Numbered from the stretch's first letter, positions 50,360 through 63,347 are shown. The stretch is DNA of 64,000 nucleotides from Lama glama (GCA_028534125.1 CM052817.1:1366001-1430000); one strand, 5' to 3'. The notes: a model not told the origin generated them from the sequence alone. Made by a program: numbers and translations.

Positions 50360-51620
50360 ATAAGTACATCACTTTATTAGCAGATACTTTTGGAATATTC
50401 ATAGAAAATATGGTAGAAGATTTGAAAAAAGTGAATAATTAGAATATCATGACGTGTGGAGGGATTGCCCTGGGATGATGGAAACACGGTGTTTCTAAAC
50501 AGGTTTCAGTGTGTGCTTTTTGGCAGTAGATTCAGATTGAGTCTTTTTTTGCCTGTGAGCTGCTGAGCCTAGAGTATATATGTTCTGAAATGATTGGTTT
50601 TGTGGGAAGACATGGTATAACAAGTGATGGAGCAGCCACTGTAGTTTTAAAAAAATTCTTGGGGTGCAGAAAGAACAACACATGTGAAATTTATTCACCA
50701 CATGATGCATAGGAAAGTTCTTAAAGCAACGAATTGAAGCCAGAAGCACATAAGGGATCAGCCTGAGACCTTTACAAAGTAGTAAATCTTTACAGCGTCT
50801 GTAATGAGATGGGGAGTAACTGTGAAAATATTTGGCAGGACACATGTTTGCTGGTTATTTTGTGGCAAAGTTGAAAACATTGCCTGTTCTGAAGTGAATT
50901 GTTTTTCTTTTACATAAGAACAAGTGGTCTAAATTTGCTGACCTTTTCTGTAATAAGTGGCTGTCAGTAGAAGGCTACCTGGCAAATCCAGTATTTTTGA
51001 GAAAATAAACACTCTGCCCTCTCAAGGTAAAGGTGATATTTTAACGATGAGCAGAAGGTTGTTTTTTGAAAGAAACTCTTGCTGTAGAGGGCATTTTGAA
51101 AATGGATGTTTCAAGTTGTCTCCATTATATGTTTTTGTTTTGCTAAGAATAGTCATCTTACTGCACACTTAAACTTAGGAATGAAGCTTTTAGCCTGTTT
51201 AAAAACTTCCTGTTGGAAAAAACACCAAAAAAAATCCCCAAAACTTCCTGTTGTAACACTGGTTTTCAACTTATTTGTTAAAAATACAAGAATGCCATAC
51301 CTTCTGATTCTGTGTAAGAACGAAGAACTCTGATGAGAAGGTGAAAACTGACTAGCTGAATTTCAACGAAAGCCTTGCATAATTGATTGACGGGATGGAA
51401 AATCGATTAGCATGATTTAGTAAGTACAGCCAGTAGTGTGTTTCTTCTGTTTAGATCTGTGTGTCTGTGAAGGAAAAGGAGCATTTTCATTGAAGACTGG
51501 CAGTAAAACCATATTTCTAAATAAGTGAATTTACAATGCTCCAGAAATCTGGTTTGAACACAAAGATACCAAGATTTTTAAAAATAGTAAAGTACATTCA
51601 GTCACACTGGTCTGCTTAAA
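50360..51620 (+). mobile_element. Degraded hAT-Charlie transposase remnant
   Basis: Fragments KFADLFC, WLSV, YLA and IFEKINTL.SQGKGDILTM resemble the Charlie/ZBED5-type motif YLADIF.KLN.LNLSLQG; many stops and frameshifts. Confidence 0.6.
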
Positions 51621-53089
51621 TTTTTTTCTCATAGGTTTTTGTGATATGAAAGGGTTTTCAGTATTGTTATTAAAAAAAAAGACAAGTTGGCAAAACTATA
51701 TGATTTTGTTTTTATGTTACTGTATGTGTGTTTGGTCTTTTTTAATTGCATGTAAATTACATTCATCAGCTGAGTCTGAGTGCCTCCTGTGTTACTGGTG
51801 AGAGATGTAGAGTGCCCTCCACGCATGGCCTGTGTCCTGCCTGGACGCACGCCCTGTGATGTGGGTGCTCAGGTCTTCCCTGACAGGACACCAGACTCCT
51901 TCTAGAGGAGCGCCATATGCTGGGGACCAGCCCCCTCCCCCTGGGCGCCTTCCTCCTGTCATCTGCTTTCTCGCTTTCTCGCACCTCGCCTCTGGGTCTT
52001 GGCTCCCCACCTCTGCTCCTCAGAAAGCTTCCTCCCACTCCTCCCGTTCTCCACCCCTTCCCTGCAGTCATGCCTCCTAAAACTCCTACTGTCCTGTCTC
52101 AGCACCTCCTTCTCCCTTCTCTGCCCAGCTCCTCTCTCAGCACCTGCAGTTTCTGTACCTCTGTGACACTTAACACAGTTGTAAGTACCTGCACCTTTAT
52201 TGTCTTTTACTGGACTGAAAGTTTGTTGAATACAGAAAAATTTTGAGGTATTGCACCTTGTTCATAACCCAATGTTTGTTAAGTGATTCAAAAGAGGTGT
52301 AGTATTAGGAATTTTTTTAAAGTTGTCTAAGAATTTCCGTATCATATTTGAAGTGTAGAAATTTTCCACCATGTGAGTTTTGATAGAGGCCCGCCACTTT
52401 AGTCCAGATGTTCAGACATGCTGGAATAAAAGATACAGGGAGGTTCTCGAGGCCAGTGTTTCCTGCAGTGAGGTGTGGGTGATGCTTCCAGATATAGCGG
52501 CTGCAGGGTAAGTGGCACAGACAGGAATGGCACTGCTCTGGAAAGGAGGGTGGCTATTTGGAGAATTAGAACTTACATCTTAGGAGATAGTTCCCTGAAT
52601 ATGTTTTCTTATGTACAGAGTTGATTCCAGACGTAGATAATTCTGATTCTGGAGCATGGGAGGACCTTGTTAAGATTGTTCTCTTCCCTTTCCTGCGGCG
52701 TGGAAACTCATGACTGGATAGCAGTAAGTCTTTAGCTCATTCCGGAAGTTAAACACGATTTGTTTCAATATTGTCCTGGTTTTTTATTGAAACACTCATG
52801 GGCTTACTCATCCAGACTCTTGTGAAGAGCCAGCAGATCAGAAACCCATGTGTGGGGCTGAGAAATTGTAATGGAAATTCTGTTGATAACCTTCTAAAAA
52901 CTAGACTTTATTTAGCAGTAATACAAAAGCAGTCCAAAGGTAGTTTATTCAGTCATATTTAAACATAATTGTACAGATATGAGGCTAATGCAGTTTGTCA
53001 GTTTTACTAGTGAGAAGTATGGCGTTTTTAACATCCTGGAATACGCTTGAGAGCTGTGAGGGGTACACCTGAGATCTGCGTTCACTGAC

Positions 53090-53415
53090 TTGCTGGTTCA
53101 TTCGTTGTACGTTTAGAGCATCTGTTAAGTGTCAGGATTGTCCTTCACACTGAGGGTACATGGTGGACAAAGCAGTGGAAGATCCTCCTGCCTCCTTGCT
53201 TGGGAAAAGACAGTAAATTAGGTAGGGTGGTGGGGTGGTGAGTGGCTGGGTGGGGCATGTGGGCCTGGCGCCTGCAGTTTTAAGTAGGGTGTCAGGGAAG
53301 GCAGCACAGGAAGAACAAGGAGCAGAGACCCAGAGGCAGTGAGAGCAAAGCTGTGCGTGGCATCTGGGTGCGAGTCTCCCAGGCAGAGGGAGCAGCAGGT
53401 GTCAAGGCCCTGGAG
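53090..53415 (-). mobile_element. L2 3' fragment
   Basis: TTCATTCG..AGCATCTG..GTGTCAGG..GTGGACAAAGCAG and CCAGGCAGAGGGAGCAGCAGGTGTCAAGGCCCTG are typical antisense L2 motifs. Confidence 0.6.
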
Positions 53416-54119
53416 CTCCCCGTTTTTGTTTTAGCTGATTCCATTAAAATAAAATACGCTTTCATAATCAGTTGGACCCAAATATTATCTAGAATCTGGC
53501 CACAAAGTCACAGTTTTTGAATGGTCTTGGGATTCACATATTTGTCCTCAGAATTCTAGGACTGGCATGTTGTCGTAATTTGATTTCATCTCATTCAGAT
53601 GCTCTTGAAAAGTGGAGCCACCCTCTTAGACTCAGATGCTGGGTGATTCACGTATGTTGGGCGGGTTTCACACCTGATTTTAAGTAATAGCGACTTACGG
53701 CATGATTTCTTATCTTCACTTTGGAATAGTTTCACCTTTTCCACTTAATAGCCCAGGAGTTCTTCAGAATTAGGGGTTCTGGGCACTTGAGCAGCAGTGT
53801 CTTTGGAGTCTGGCTGTCGTCTGCTCAGTCTAGGGCCAGTTTGGACTGTACTACCGTGGACAGATCATCTTAGTCTTACTTCTACCTGCTGGGCCGAATG
53901 CAGTGTGTTCAGACCTTCCATTTGTAAGAATGTACATTCTGTGAGCCATTGTAGACTTGGTAATCTGGATTTCTTACAGCATTTTAAATTAATAGAGTCA
54001 CTCTAAGCTGAAGAAGCAACTCTGTAAATGTCTTTTAAAAAGCTGTGATGACATGTGCAGAAGGTAGTGAAATCAACCAAATCGTCATGTTTTTTTCCTC
54101 CATATGTATTTTTTAGCTT

Positions 54120-54620
54120 ATTTTTTTTAATTGTGGTATAATCAGTTTACAGTGTGTCAGTTTCCGGTGTACAGCATAATGTTTCAGTCATACATGTACA
54201 TGTATAATTGTTTTCATATTCTTTTTCATTATAGGTTGCTGTGAGATAATGAATATAGTTCCCTGTGTTATATGGAAGAAACTTGTCGTTTATCTATTTT
54301 ATATATGATAGTATCTGCAAATCTCAAACTCCCAGTTTATCCCTTCCCACCCCAAACCCCCTGGTGACCATAAGTTTGTTTTCTGTCTGTGAGTCTGTTT
54401 GTCTTGTAAATAAGTTCATTTGTGTCATTTTTTTCAATATTCCACATATGAGTGATATCATATGGTATTTGCCTTTCTCTTTCTGGTTTCACTTAGAATG
54501 AGGATCTCCAGATCCATCCATGCTGCTGCAAATGGCATCTTACTCTTTTTATGGCTGAGTAGTATTCCATTGTATAAATATACCACCACTTGTTTATCCA
54601 GTCATCTGCCGATGGACATT
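54120..54620 (-). mobile_element. 5'-truncated L1 3' end
   Basis: Antisense L1 3'UTR; TSD-like TATGTATTTT on both flanks (about 54103 and 54622). Confidence 0.9.
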
Positions 54621-57600
54621 CTATGTATTTTAAACTTTTTCTGAGTGTTTCATGTACTGGAGAAGAATAGTAACGCTCTTGGGTCATGCCAGCTGCTGCT
54701 CCTCCTTGGGGGGTCACAGTACAGGCTTTTGGTAGATGACACGTTAGTAAAGGGCCTTCCAGCCCCTCCTTGACTGGAACCATGGAAACTCTTTTCTCCC
54801 TTTCACTGCTGAGGTCTCATGGTGACACAGGGAAGAAGCCTTTCCACTTCTAGATGTAGGCCATGTGCAGTTTAGAAGAAGGTGTGCCGGGCTGGTCTTC
54901 AGCCCTCACTCCTGAGGCTGGGGGCTTCTGTGCTGCCGGTTTGGGAGAGTAAATGTTTAAACCTCGCTCTCAGGTGGGGCCGGTTAAGTGCTGACCACAT
55001 CAGTGCCTCTTCCTCTGCTTCCTGATCTGGCCCTCCCCTCTCGGTCTCTGTTGTATTCAGGGTTCCCTTAGATTGCATGAAACCGAAGGTCGCTCTGCTC
55101 AGCTCGATTTAGATAGAACTGCCACCCCGGCCCTTGTTGCTGTGGGGCCACATCCCTGAGCCTCTCTCCTCTGCAGGCCCACCTCCCCTGGAGGTTCTGC
55201 CCTTCGGTGATTCCTGCCTTGGCCCAGCTCTTCCTCCTGGCAGCCTTTAATGAGTCCAGGCTGATTTTGCTTTGTATTTTGTTCCCGTTTCTCAGAAGTG
55301 GACCAGATCATGTTTTTATGCTAGGGTTTGTTATGGGCCCCTGGTCATGCTGTGATGGGCTGTCCGTTCACCATGAGTCTGTTATCTGTTCTGAGCATGG
55401 GAGAGGGCAGGGCCTGGGGTCAGGGCTGGGAGACTGTGGGGACACTTTCACCGATGAAGGCCACCTTGCAGGCAGGCTTGGAGATGCATTGCTGGGACAG
55501 TGCACTTATGTTTAGTTACGTGTAAAAAATTCACACGTGCGGTATGAGGTTGGAAGTGAGTGGCTTCGAGGCAGAACACCTAATTTTATTTAAATATATC
55601 TTGACAGAGGAAAGTTTTGAGGCATATGTCAAATTCTAGACCAGAGCTTTGTATTTACCACTTTCTAAATTTCTGATTAGGACATCAAAACAGATTATGA
55701 AGTCTGAGTTTCAACTAAAAGTTAACCCCAAGGCAACCCTTCAGGCTTTCTCTCTAACACCCTTTCCCCCTGAGTGAGGTCGTATATGGCATTTACTGGA
55801 AACTAGCTTGTCTGAGGATGTGGCTTCAGAGCACCAGCTGGACTAGGGATCTGGTCATTCTTCCGGCCTTGCCGCAAATTCACTATGTGACCCCGAGAGT
55901 CTCTTGTCCTCCTCTGATTTGTAAAATGAGAGTTTTAGGTGGGATTAAAGGTTGCAGGCTGGGCCTGGCAGCTGCCTGTGGGTGGGAACCGTCAGCAGGC
56001 CAGGTAGGAGGAAGCCTTGCACGCTCCCAGCCTAAAGTATGGGGCCTGGAGGAGGAGAATGGGAAGTGCTGGGTGGGGCCTGGAAGGCTGGGCCGAGGGT
56101 TCTGATCTTCTAAGAGCACTTAGAGACACTTGAAGGGCTTGGAAAAGCAGGGAGGATCTCTGTGGCTGTGGTGAGGATCCTCGTGTGCTGGGTAACTGGA
56201 TACAGGGAGACAGGCAGAAGGCTCCTCGATAACCCAGGTGAGAGGTGGCTGTGGAGGTGGAGAATGAGGTGGAACCTGTGGGAGGACCAAAGCAAATTCT
56301 TAGGAGTCCGACCTCAGAGACCATTTCCCCTGTGATAGGAGATACGGCAGAAGAACTGGATCTGGGGACAGGTCTTCATTCCCTCCGTGAATTTGCATGT
56401 GTATCACCACGTGGTGTGGGGCATGGCTCCTAGGGAGAGCCGATGTTGCCACATGTCCATCATGGGTGTCCCCCGCATCCCACAGGTGCCTGCTGAGTGA
56501 GTGCCCGCCTGTCAGGCTCTGTTCTGGACACACATAGAGGGTCTTGTCTGTCACTCTGACAACATCGGTTTTTATCTTGTTAAGATGGGAGCATTGGAGC
56601 ATTTTGAGCAGAAGAGTAGTGTTCTAAAGGAGTTCCTCCACATGCATCATGGATGTAAGAGGCAGGGGCCGAGGCAGGAAGACCAGTTGGTGGCCTGGCG
56701 TCAAGCATGGGCAGGCGTGTGAGCCTGCGGTGCAGCTCCTTGATTTTTGCCCATGGGATGTAGTGGGTAGGGGTGTGGAGAACTGAGGTCCCGGATGTGC
56801 CTCAGAGCCTGAAGCTTCCTCACGTTGGGCGGGGCCTGCCCCGCTCTCCGCAGTGGGCACCCTGGGTGCTCCGGCTCACTGTTGCCACAGAGGCCAAGGC
56901 ATGTCAGTTTGGGTTTGGACAACTTGGGCTTAGAGTCCCTGAGACGTCCAAGGGGAGATGAAGATGAGACAGTTGTATTGTAGACACTTGAACCCCCAAA
57001 TCGGCTCCTGGGAATTGTGTGTGTGTTGATGGTAGTGGACATGATGGTGGCCGGGCTGCATGGAGTGAGCAGAGCCTAAGAACAGGACCTCAGGGTTCTC
57101 CAGCATTCTGAAGCTGCAACCTCCTTTATGGTATTAATGCTTATATCTAAACTGTGTCAGTAAATTTGTACAGAGGAGATTTCAAATGCACAGCATTTTT
57201 TTATTGTATGAATTAATCATTTTGCATTAATTTAAAAACCAACATTAAAATCAGAGGCAACATTAACTCAACAATTAATTCTGGTTACCAGAGAGTTATT
57301 TGTGTGGGAAGTAGGCCTTCGCCCTACTGGAAGCTTTGAGAAGCTGAGTGACAACTTTAAAAACCATAGAGAGTAAATAAAAGCTTCCTAACCCTTTGGT
57401 TCATGACCCGCCTGTGGGAAAGGAGGCCTGAGGTCCTCCCCACCCCACTCCCCATCTGGCGGTCCACACTCCTCTAATGCCCCCTGCTCAGGCCCTGGGC
57501 TAGAGACAGCTAGCCCATCGTGGGGAGGGGAGAGGGAGCAGGGACAGCATGTCATTGTGGGACAGGGAACCGCAGCAGCCACCTCCCAGGTAAGAGAAGC

Positions 57601-58019
57601 CAGGGTTGATGCCGAGCCAGTGACTAAAATCTGGTCAGTGGCAGTGTGTGCAGAGGTGTGGTGACCAGGACTCACCAAGGGATGTCCAAAGCTTGGCTCT
57701 CATGTGGAAGTAGTTTAAAGGGTTCAGATTTATTCATTGAGCAAACCGTCATTTGGGGTTTCGATGTGTCAGGTACACGCTGGAGGCTGGGGTCGTAGCA
57801 TTGGAATACACCACGTGTTGCTGGGCCTGGTCAGGTTGCAAGGAGGTGTCACATGGAGTGGTTTGCTTTAGGGGAGTTGGAACAGCAATGAGAGAAGCAG
57901 CAGTCCAGGACTGTAATAGAAGAGAGATCAGGAACTAGTTTATGGAGCTCTTTCAGTATTAATTCACAGTATGGTCACTACTTGCTGAGTTGCTCTGCTG
58001 AGAACCCAGTTATTAATAA

Positions 58020-58240
58020 GTATTAACGTTAGGTGACGTTTATATAGCACCTGCTCTGTGTCAGGCACTGTTATAACTGTTTATGTTGTGTGAGGTTTTT
58101 GTTTGTTTGTTTTCTTCCTCAGTAATCTGAAGAGGAGGTGCTGTCGCCCCATTTTATGTTGAGGAGACAGGCGTGGAAAGGCTGAGGGCTTGTTCAAGGC
58201 TAGCTACACAGATCGGAGTGAGAGGCCTGAACTTTTGGTG
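58020..58240 (-). mobile_element. MIR SINE
   Basis: TTTATATAGCACCTGCTCTGTGTCAGGCACTG..CCCATTTTATGTTGAGGAGACAGGC..CTTGTTCAAGG. Confidence 0.7.
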
Positions 58241-59259
58241 AAGAGGCTCGGGGGAGGAAGTACCGTAGCAGGTGTAGGGCCACCTAGGATGCTGATGCAT
58301 CAATTCTCTGACCAGTCTTTGTGGTTTGGAGTTTCCATACATAATTCACACAGCATTTTTGATATGGTCACTTGAATTTTATTAGACTTCTTTGTATAGG
58401 TGTTGATCCCAAAGTTACATTACCCAAGGTTTTTAGTTGACAAGAGGACTAAAATACCTCAAAGATTTGGGAATGTTTTGGAGTCCATGTAGTGTTTATT
58501 AGTGATGTTCTTTATTGGTACCATACCATTCTCAGTTTTGCAAAGGCATGAATTTGAACAGAGAAGGTCTTGAAGTAAGTGCAATGCGTGGTTAGTGGCA
58601 GAATTTATTTTGATCTTATGTATTTCTTAAAGGTCTGATGAGGTCATTTGAATGTTTGAGCTATTTGTCATAGCAGGTATGTGTCCATTGAGAATGTCAG
58701 GAGTCTGCTGGACAAATAAACTGACTTCAGCACATCTTACATAGTGAAACAGTGGTGGAAATGAATTTCAACCATGGCTTTGGGGAATGTGTGGTAGTTT
58801 GAGGTTGATGAGAGATTAATGATCTTAGAAGGACTTGGTAAATGTTAATTGCTATCATGTGCCGTTTACAACTTGAAAACATTTCTGATGTTAGAGTATT
58901 TAATCTTTAACCCCATTAAGTAAGCATATTATTAGTGCTCAGCAATATTCTTTTCCTTAAAGGATAATCACCTGTTAAACTTTCTAGGCCTGGAACTTTA
59001 AAAAAAAAAAAGTCTTTTAATTAATTTATTTTCATTTTAAAATTAAACAATTTTTTCCATTTTTCAGCTTTATTAGGTAGAATTGTTACAGTTTGGCTGC
59101 ATATATACAATGTATTGCATGTAAATACATATACACAGTATACTGCACATACTTTAAAATTTACTTTTATGTACTGTTCATTGATTCTGAGAATGTTTAG
59201 AGCTTTAGCTTTTTAAACTTACATAGTTATCAAAGGAATAAAGCCAACCACAAAGTAAG

Positions 59260-59790
59260 AATTAATTGAAAAAGACAGATACACCCCAATATTAACAGCA
59301 ACATTGTTTATAACTGCCAAGACATGGAAGCATCCTGAGTGCACATCAGCAGATGAATGGATAAAGAAGATACAGCACATACATGTGATGGAATACAACT
59401 CACCCACAAGGAGGAGATTTTGCCATTTGCGGCCCTTCGTTCACTTTTTTTTTCACTACAAAAAGCAGAATTTTATAACTGGCATAAACATTTCCATTGC
59501 ATCAAAAACAACAAAATACCTAGAATTAAACTTAACCAAGGAGGTTACCTATACTCTGAAAACTGTAAAACACTGATAAAGGAAATCAAAGATGATACAA
59601 AGAAATGGAAAGATAACCTGTGCTCTTGGATTGGAAGAACCAGCATTATCAAAATGACTGTACTGCCCAAAGCCATCCACAGATCCGACGCAACCTCTGT
59701 CAAAATATGACATTTTTCACAGAACTAGAACAAACAATTCTAAAATTTATATGGAACCATAAAAGACCCCGAACTGCCAAAGCAATCTTT
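59260..59790 (+). mobile_element. Two L1 ORF2/3' fragments out of colinear order
   Basis: ITAKTWKHPECTSADEWIKK (ORF2 C-terminus) precedes YSENCKTLIKEIKDDTKKWKD..CSWIGR, which lies earlier in ORF2. Confidence 0.85.
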
Positions 59791-62406
59791 TGTAGATCTC
59801 TTTTTCTTTTTCTCTTCTTTTTGTTGTCTTTTCTTATGGTTTGATGACTAGAGAAGGTCCTTTAACATTTGTTGCAAAGCTGGCTTGGTGGTGCTGAAAT
59901 CTTTTAGCTTTCGTTTATCTGTAAAGCTTTTGATTTCTCCATCAAATCTGAACGAGAGTCTTGCTGGATAGAGTGTTCTTGGTTGTAGATTTTTCCCTTT
60001 CATCACTTTAAATATATTTTGCCACTCCCTTCTGGCCTGTAGAGTTTCTGCTGAAAAATCAGCTGATAACCTTATGGGAGTTCCCTTGTATGTTATTTGT
60101 TGCTTTTGTCTTGCTAATTTTAATATTTTCTCCTTACCCTTAATTTTTGTCAGTTTGATGACTGTGTGCCTTCGTGTGTTCCTCTTTGGGCTGATCCTGT
60201 GTGGAACTCTGTGCTTCCAGGACTTGGATGACTGTTTCCTTTCCCAAATTGGGAGTTTTTGGTTATTACCTCTTCAAAAATTTTCTGAGGTTCTTTCTCC
60301 CTCCCTTCTCTTTCTGGGACCCCTGTAATGTGAATATTAGTATACTTCATGTTGTCCCAGAGTGCTCTTAAACGATCCTCATTTCTTTTCATTCTTTTTT
60401 TCTTTTTTCTGTTCTGCAGTAGTGATTCCCACTAATCTGTCTTCTAGCTCACTGATCCGTTTTTCTGCCTCATTCAGTCTATTCTTGGTTCCTTCTGGTG
60501 TCTTACTCATTTCAGTGACTTTACTCTTCAACTCTGTTTGGGTATTCTTTATATTTTCCAACTCTGCTAAAAACCTTGCTCTGTGCATCTGTACTCCTCT
60601 TGAGTTCTCTGAACATCTTCATCATCATTACTTTAAACTCTTTCTTGGATAAACTGCCTGTCTCCTCATCACTTAGTTCTTCTTCTTAACCTTGGCCTGG
60701 GAGATTCTCCTCTGCCGCCTCATACTGTTTATCTTTCTATGTGTATTTTTAGGTAGGTTAGCTAGCGTTTCTCGACCTTGGAAAGGTGGCCCTCTGTGGG
60801 AGACATCCTGTGCATCCCTGCAGTACACTCCTCTTTTGTCAGACAAGGGCCAGGGTCCAGCAGGTCCCAGGTTAGAGTCTGGCCTGTGTTTGTGGATTCC
60901 TTCCACAGGCTTTGGGATTGTTGTTTTCTTATTTCTGGTATCTCCTCCCTGGTGGATGAGGCTGGACTAGGGGCTAATGCAGGTTTCCTGGCAGGAGGAG
61001 CCGGGGCCTGCCCACTGCTGGGTGGAGCTTGGTCCTGGACCTNNNNNNNNNNNNNNNNNNNNNNNNNNNNNNNNNNNNNNNNNNNNNNNNNNNNNNNNNN
61101 NNNNNNNNNNNNNNNNNNNNNNNNNNNNNNNNNNNNNNNNNNNNNNNNNNNNNNNNNNNNNNNNNNNNNNNNNNNNNNNNNNNNNNNNNNNNNNNNNNNN
61201 NNNNNNNNNNNNNNNNNNNNNNNNNNNNNNNNNNNNNNNNNNNNNNNNNNNNNNNNNNNNNNNNNNNNNNNNNNNNNNNNNNNNNNNNNNNNNNNNNNNN
61301 NNNNNNNNNNNNNNNNNNNNNNNNNNNNNNNNNNNNNNNNNNNNNNNNNNNNNNNNNNNNNNNNNNNNNNNNNNNNNNNNNNNNNNNNNNNNNNNNNNNN
61401 NNNNNNNNNNNNNNNNNNNNNNNNNNNNNNNNNNNNNNNNNNNNNNNNNNNNNNNNNNNNNNNNNNNNNNNNNNNNNNNNNNNNNNNNNNNNNNNNNNNN
61501 NNNNNNNNNNNNNNNNNNNNNNNNNNNNNNNNNNNNNNNNNNGAGTCTGGCCTGTGTTTGTGGATTCCTTCCACAGGCTTTGGGATTGTTGTTTTCTTAT
61601 TTCTGGTATCTCCTCCCTGGTGGATGAGGCTGGACTAGGGGCTAATGCAGGTTTCCTGGCAGGAGGAGCCGGGGCCTGCCCACTGCTGGGTGGAGCTTGG
61701 TCCTGGACCTCTGGTGGGTAGGGCCGTGTCTAGAGGCTCAGCAGGTCTGCTGCTGGGTGGGGCTGTGCTCCCACCCAGTGTGCTGTTTGGTCTGAGGCTT
61801 CCCCACAGGCTGTTGGATGGCGCTGGATCTTGATGCTAACGATCCATTCGAGATGTAAGCCTCCAGGAAAGCTCTTGTATATGAACACTCTCAGAATATC
61901 CACCACCAGCTTTTATGTCCCCTGGGTGAGCCACAGCCATCCACCATGTCCCCTGGGGACCCTCCAAATCCAGCAGGCAGGCCTGTCCCAGGTTCCTGTG
62001 AAGTCGCTGCTTCTGCCCTTGGACCTGGCGCACATGAGATTCTGTGTATGCTTCCCGAGAGAATGGAGTCACTGTTTCCGCTAGTTCCGTGGGGCTCCCA
62101 GAGCCAAGCCCCGCTGGCCTTCATAACTGCATGTCCTGGGGGCTCCTCCTCCTCCCAGTGCTGGAACCCTGGGCTGGGGAGCCTGACGGTCGCCCACCTG
62201 GGGGGTATGGGGCCCAGTTGTTTCACGAGCACCCCCCTCCTGCCGTCCTGCTGTGGTCTCCTCTTTGTGTTTCCAGTTGAAGACGATCTTCTTTACTAGG
62301 TTCCAGTCTTTTCTCGATGGTTGTCTAGCAGTCAGTTGTGGTTTTGTTGTCGTCACAAGGCAGGGTGAGCTTGTGGTCCTACCACTCTGCCATCTTGACC
62401 GGAAAT
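59790..62406 (-). mobile_element. L1 5' portion: 5'UTR and degraded ORF1
   Basis: ORF1p coiled-coil remnants (KNRLNEAEKRISELEDRL, LRALWDNMKYTNIHITGVPEREGREK); GC-rich 5'UTR starting with CAAGATGGC on the minus strand. Confidence 0.88.
61043..61542. other. Assembly gap (500 N) flanked by a 168-bp direct duplication
   Basis: 60875-61042 appears identical to 61543-61710. Confidence 0.95.
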
Positions 62407-62414
62407 CTAAAAAA

Positions 62415-62618
62415 AAATTTTATACAATGATCGAAGGTTACTGTCCATGTACAGATGTTACAGAACACTGCTGTACTCCCATGTGCGCAGACATCCTGGA
62501 GCCTGTGTTACACCCAGTAGCTTGTACCCCTCACTCCCCACTGGTAACCACTAGTTTGTTCTCTGTATCTGTGAGTCTGCTGCTTTTTTTTGTATTCACT
62601 AGTTAGTTGTATTTTTAG
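62415..62618 (-). mobile_element. L1MA9-like 3' terminus
   Basis: TTTATACAAT..AAGGTTACT..CCCCACTGGTAACCACTAGTTTGTTCTCTGTATCTGTGAGTCTG..GTATTTTTAG. Confidence 0.8.
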
Positions 62619-63347
62619 TTTTTTATTGATTTTTTTCCAGACAAATTTAACAGGTTTATTTATAATTGCTGTTAAGTTGAACGCTGAAACTTGTTCACTG
62701 AAACATTTTGACTTGCATTAATGCTTTATGTCCCCACATTTATATTAAAGATTCACACACAAATGAAAATGGGAAAACTACCAATATCTGATTTCTGTCC
62801 CATTTTTCCACTTAGATACCTTTTGACCCCATGGGAAAAAAAGTATCAAACGTTCAGAACTACCGGTAACAGGAAGAAGATAATTTTTTTTTAAAGAATG
62901 AAATGCTTCCCATCATAGTCGATTCTTCAGCTCGTTCTGCACGTGTGCGGCGTGCTAGCTGCACATCTTCTGGCGCAGTTGTCACGCGTCTGGCATGGAT
63001 AGTTAGCACGCAGGGTGGTGTCTGCAGAAAGGCCCAGCAGCTCTCTAGGCCTCCGGAGCCCCCCGCAGAGTGCTCATCAGTAGTTGCAGGTCTGCTCTGA
63101 AGTCCTGAGCAGCTTCCTGCACCAGACGCAGGAAGGGAAGTTTGCGAACCCCAGGTTCAGTGGACTTCTGGTAACGGGTGGTTTCACAGAGTGCTGCGGG
63201 GCCCGGCCTGCGGCGCCTGGCTTTCCGCACCCCTCCCCGACAGGGCGCACGCTTGCTGGCCGCTTTTGTGCCACTTCTTCTGGGTGCTTTTCCACCGCTT
63301 TGCGGGCCGTCTGGTTTGTATGAGCCACGGTACAGGGACCTCCTTGC
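62619..63347 (-). pseudogene. Processed histone H3.3 pseudogene (H3-3A/H3F3A-derived)
   Basis: Intronless remnants AHTNQTARK, RYQKSTE, RKLPFLRLVQEAAQDF and QLARR. Leader AAGGAGGTCCCTGTACC and 3'UTR (ACTATGATGGGAA, CCATGGGGTCAAAAGGTA, AAATAAACCTGTTAAATTT) match recalled H3F3A. ATG changed to GTG (63326-63328), stop changed to GAA (62926-62928), frameshifts present, poly(A) remnant at 62619-62636. Confidence 0.95.

Noticed and set aside
63045..63328. Functional novel histone H3 variant
   Set aside because: Start and stop codons are lost, frameshifts break the histone fold, and core residues are substituted.
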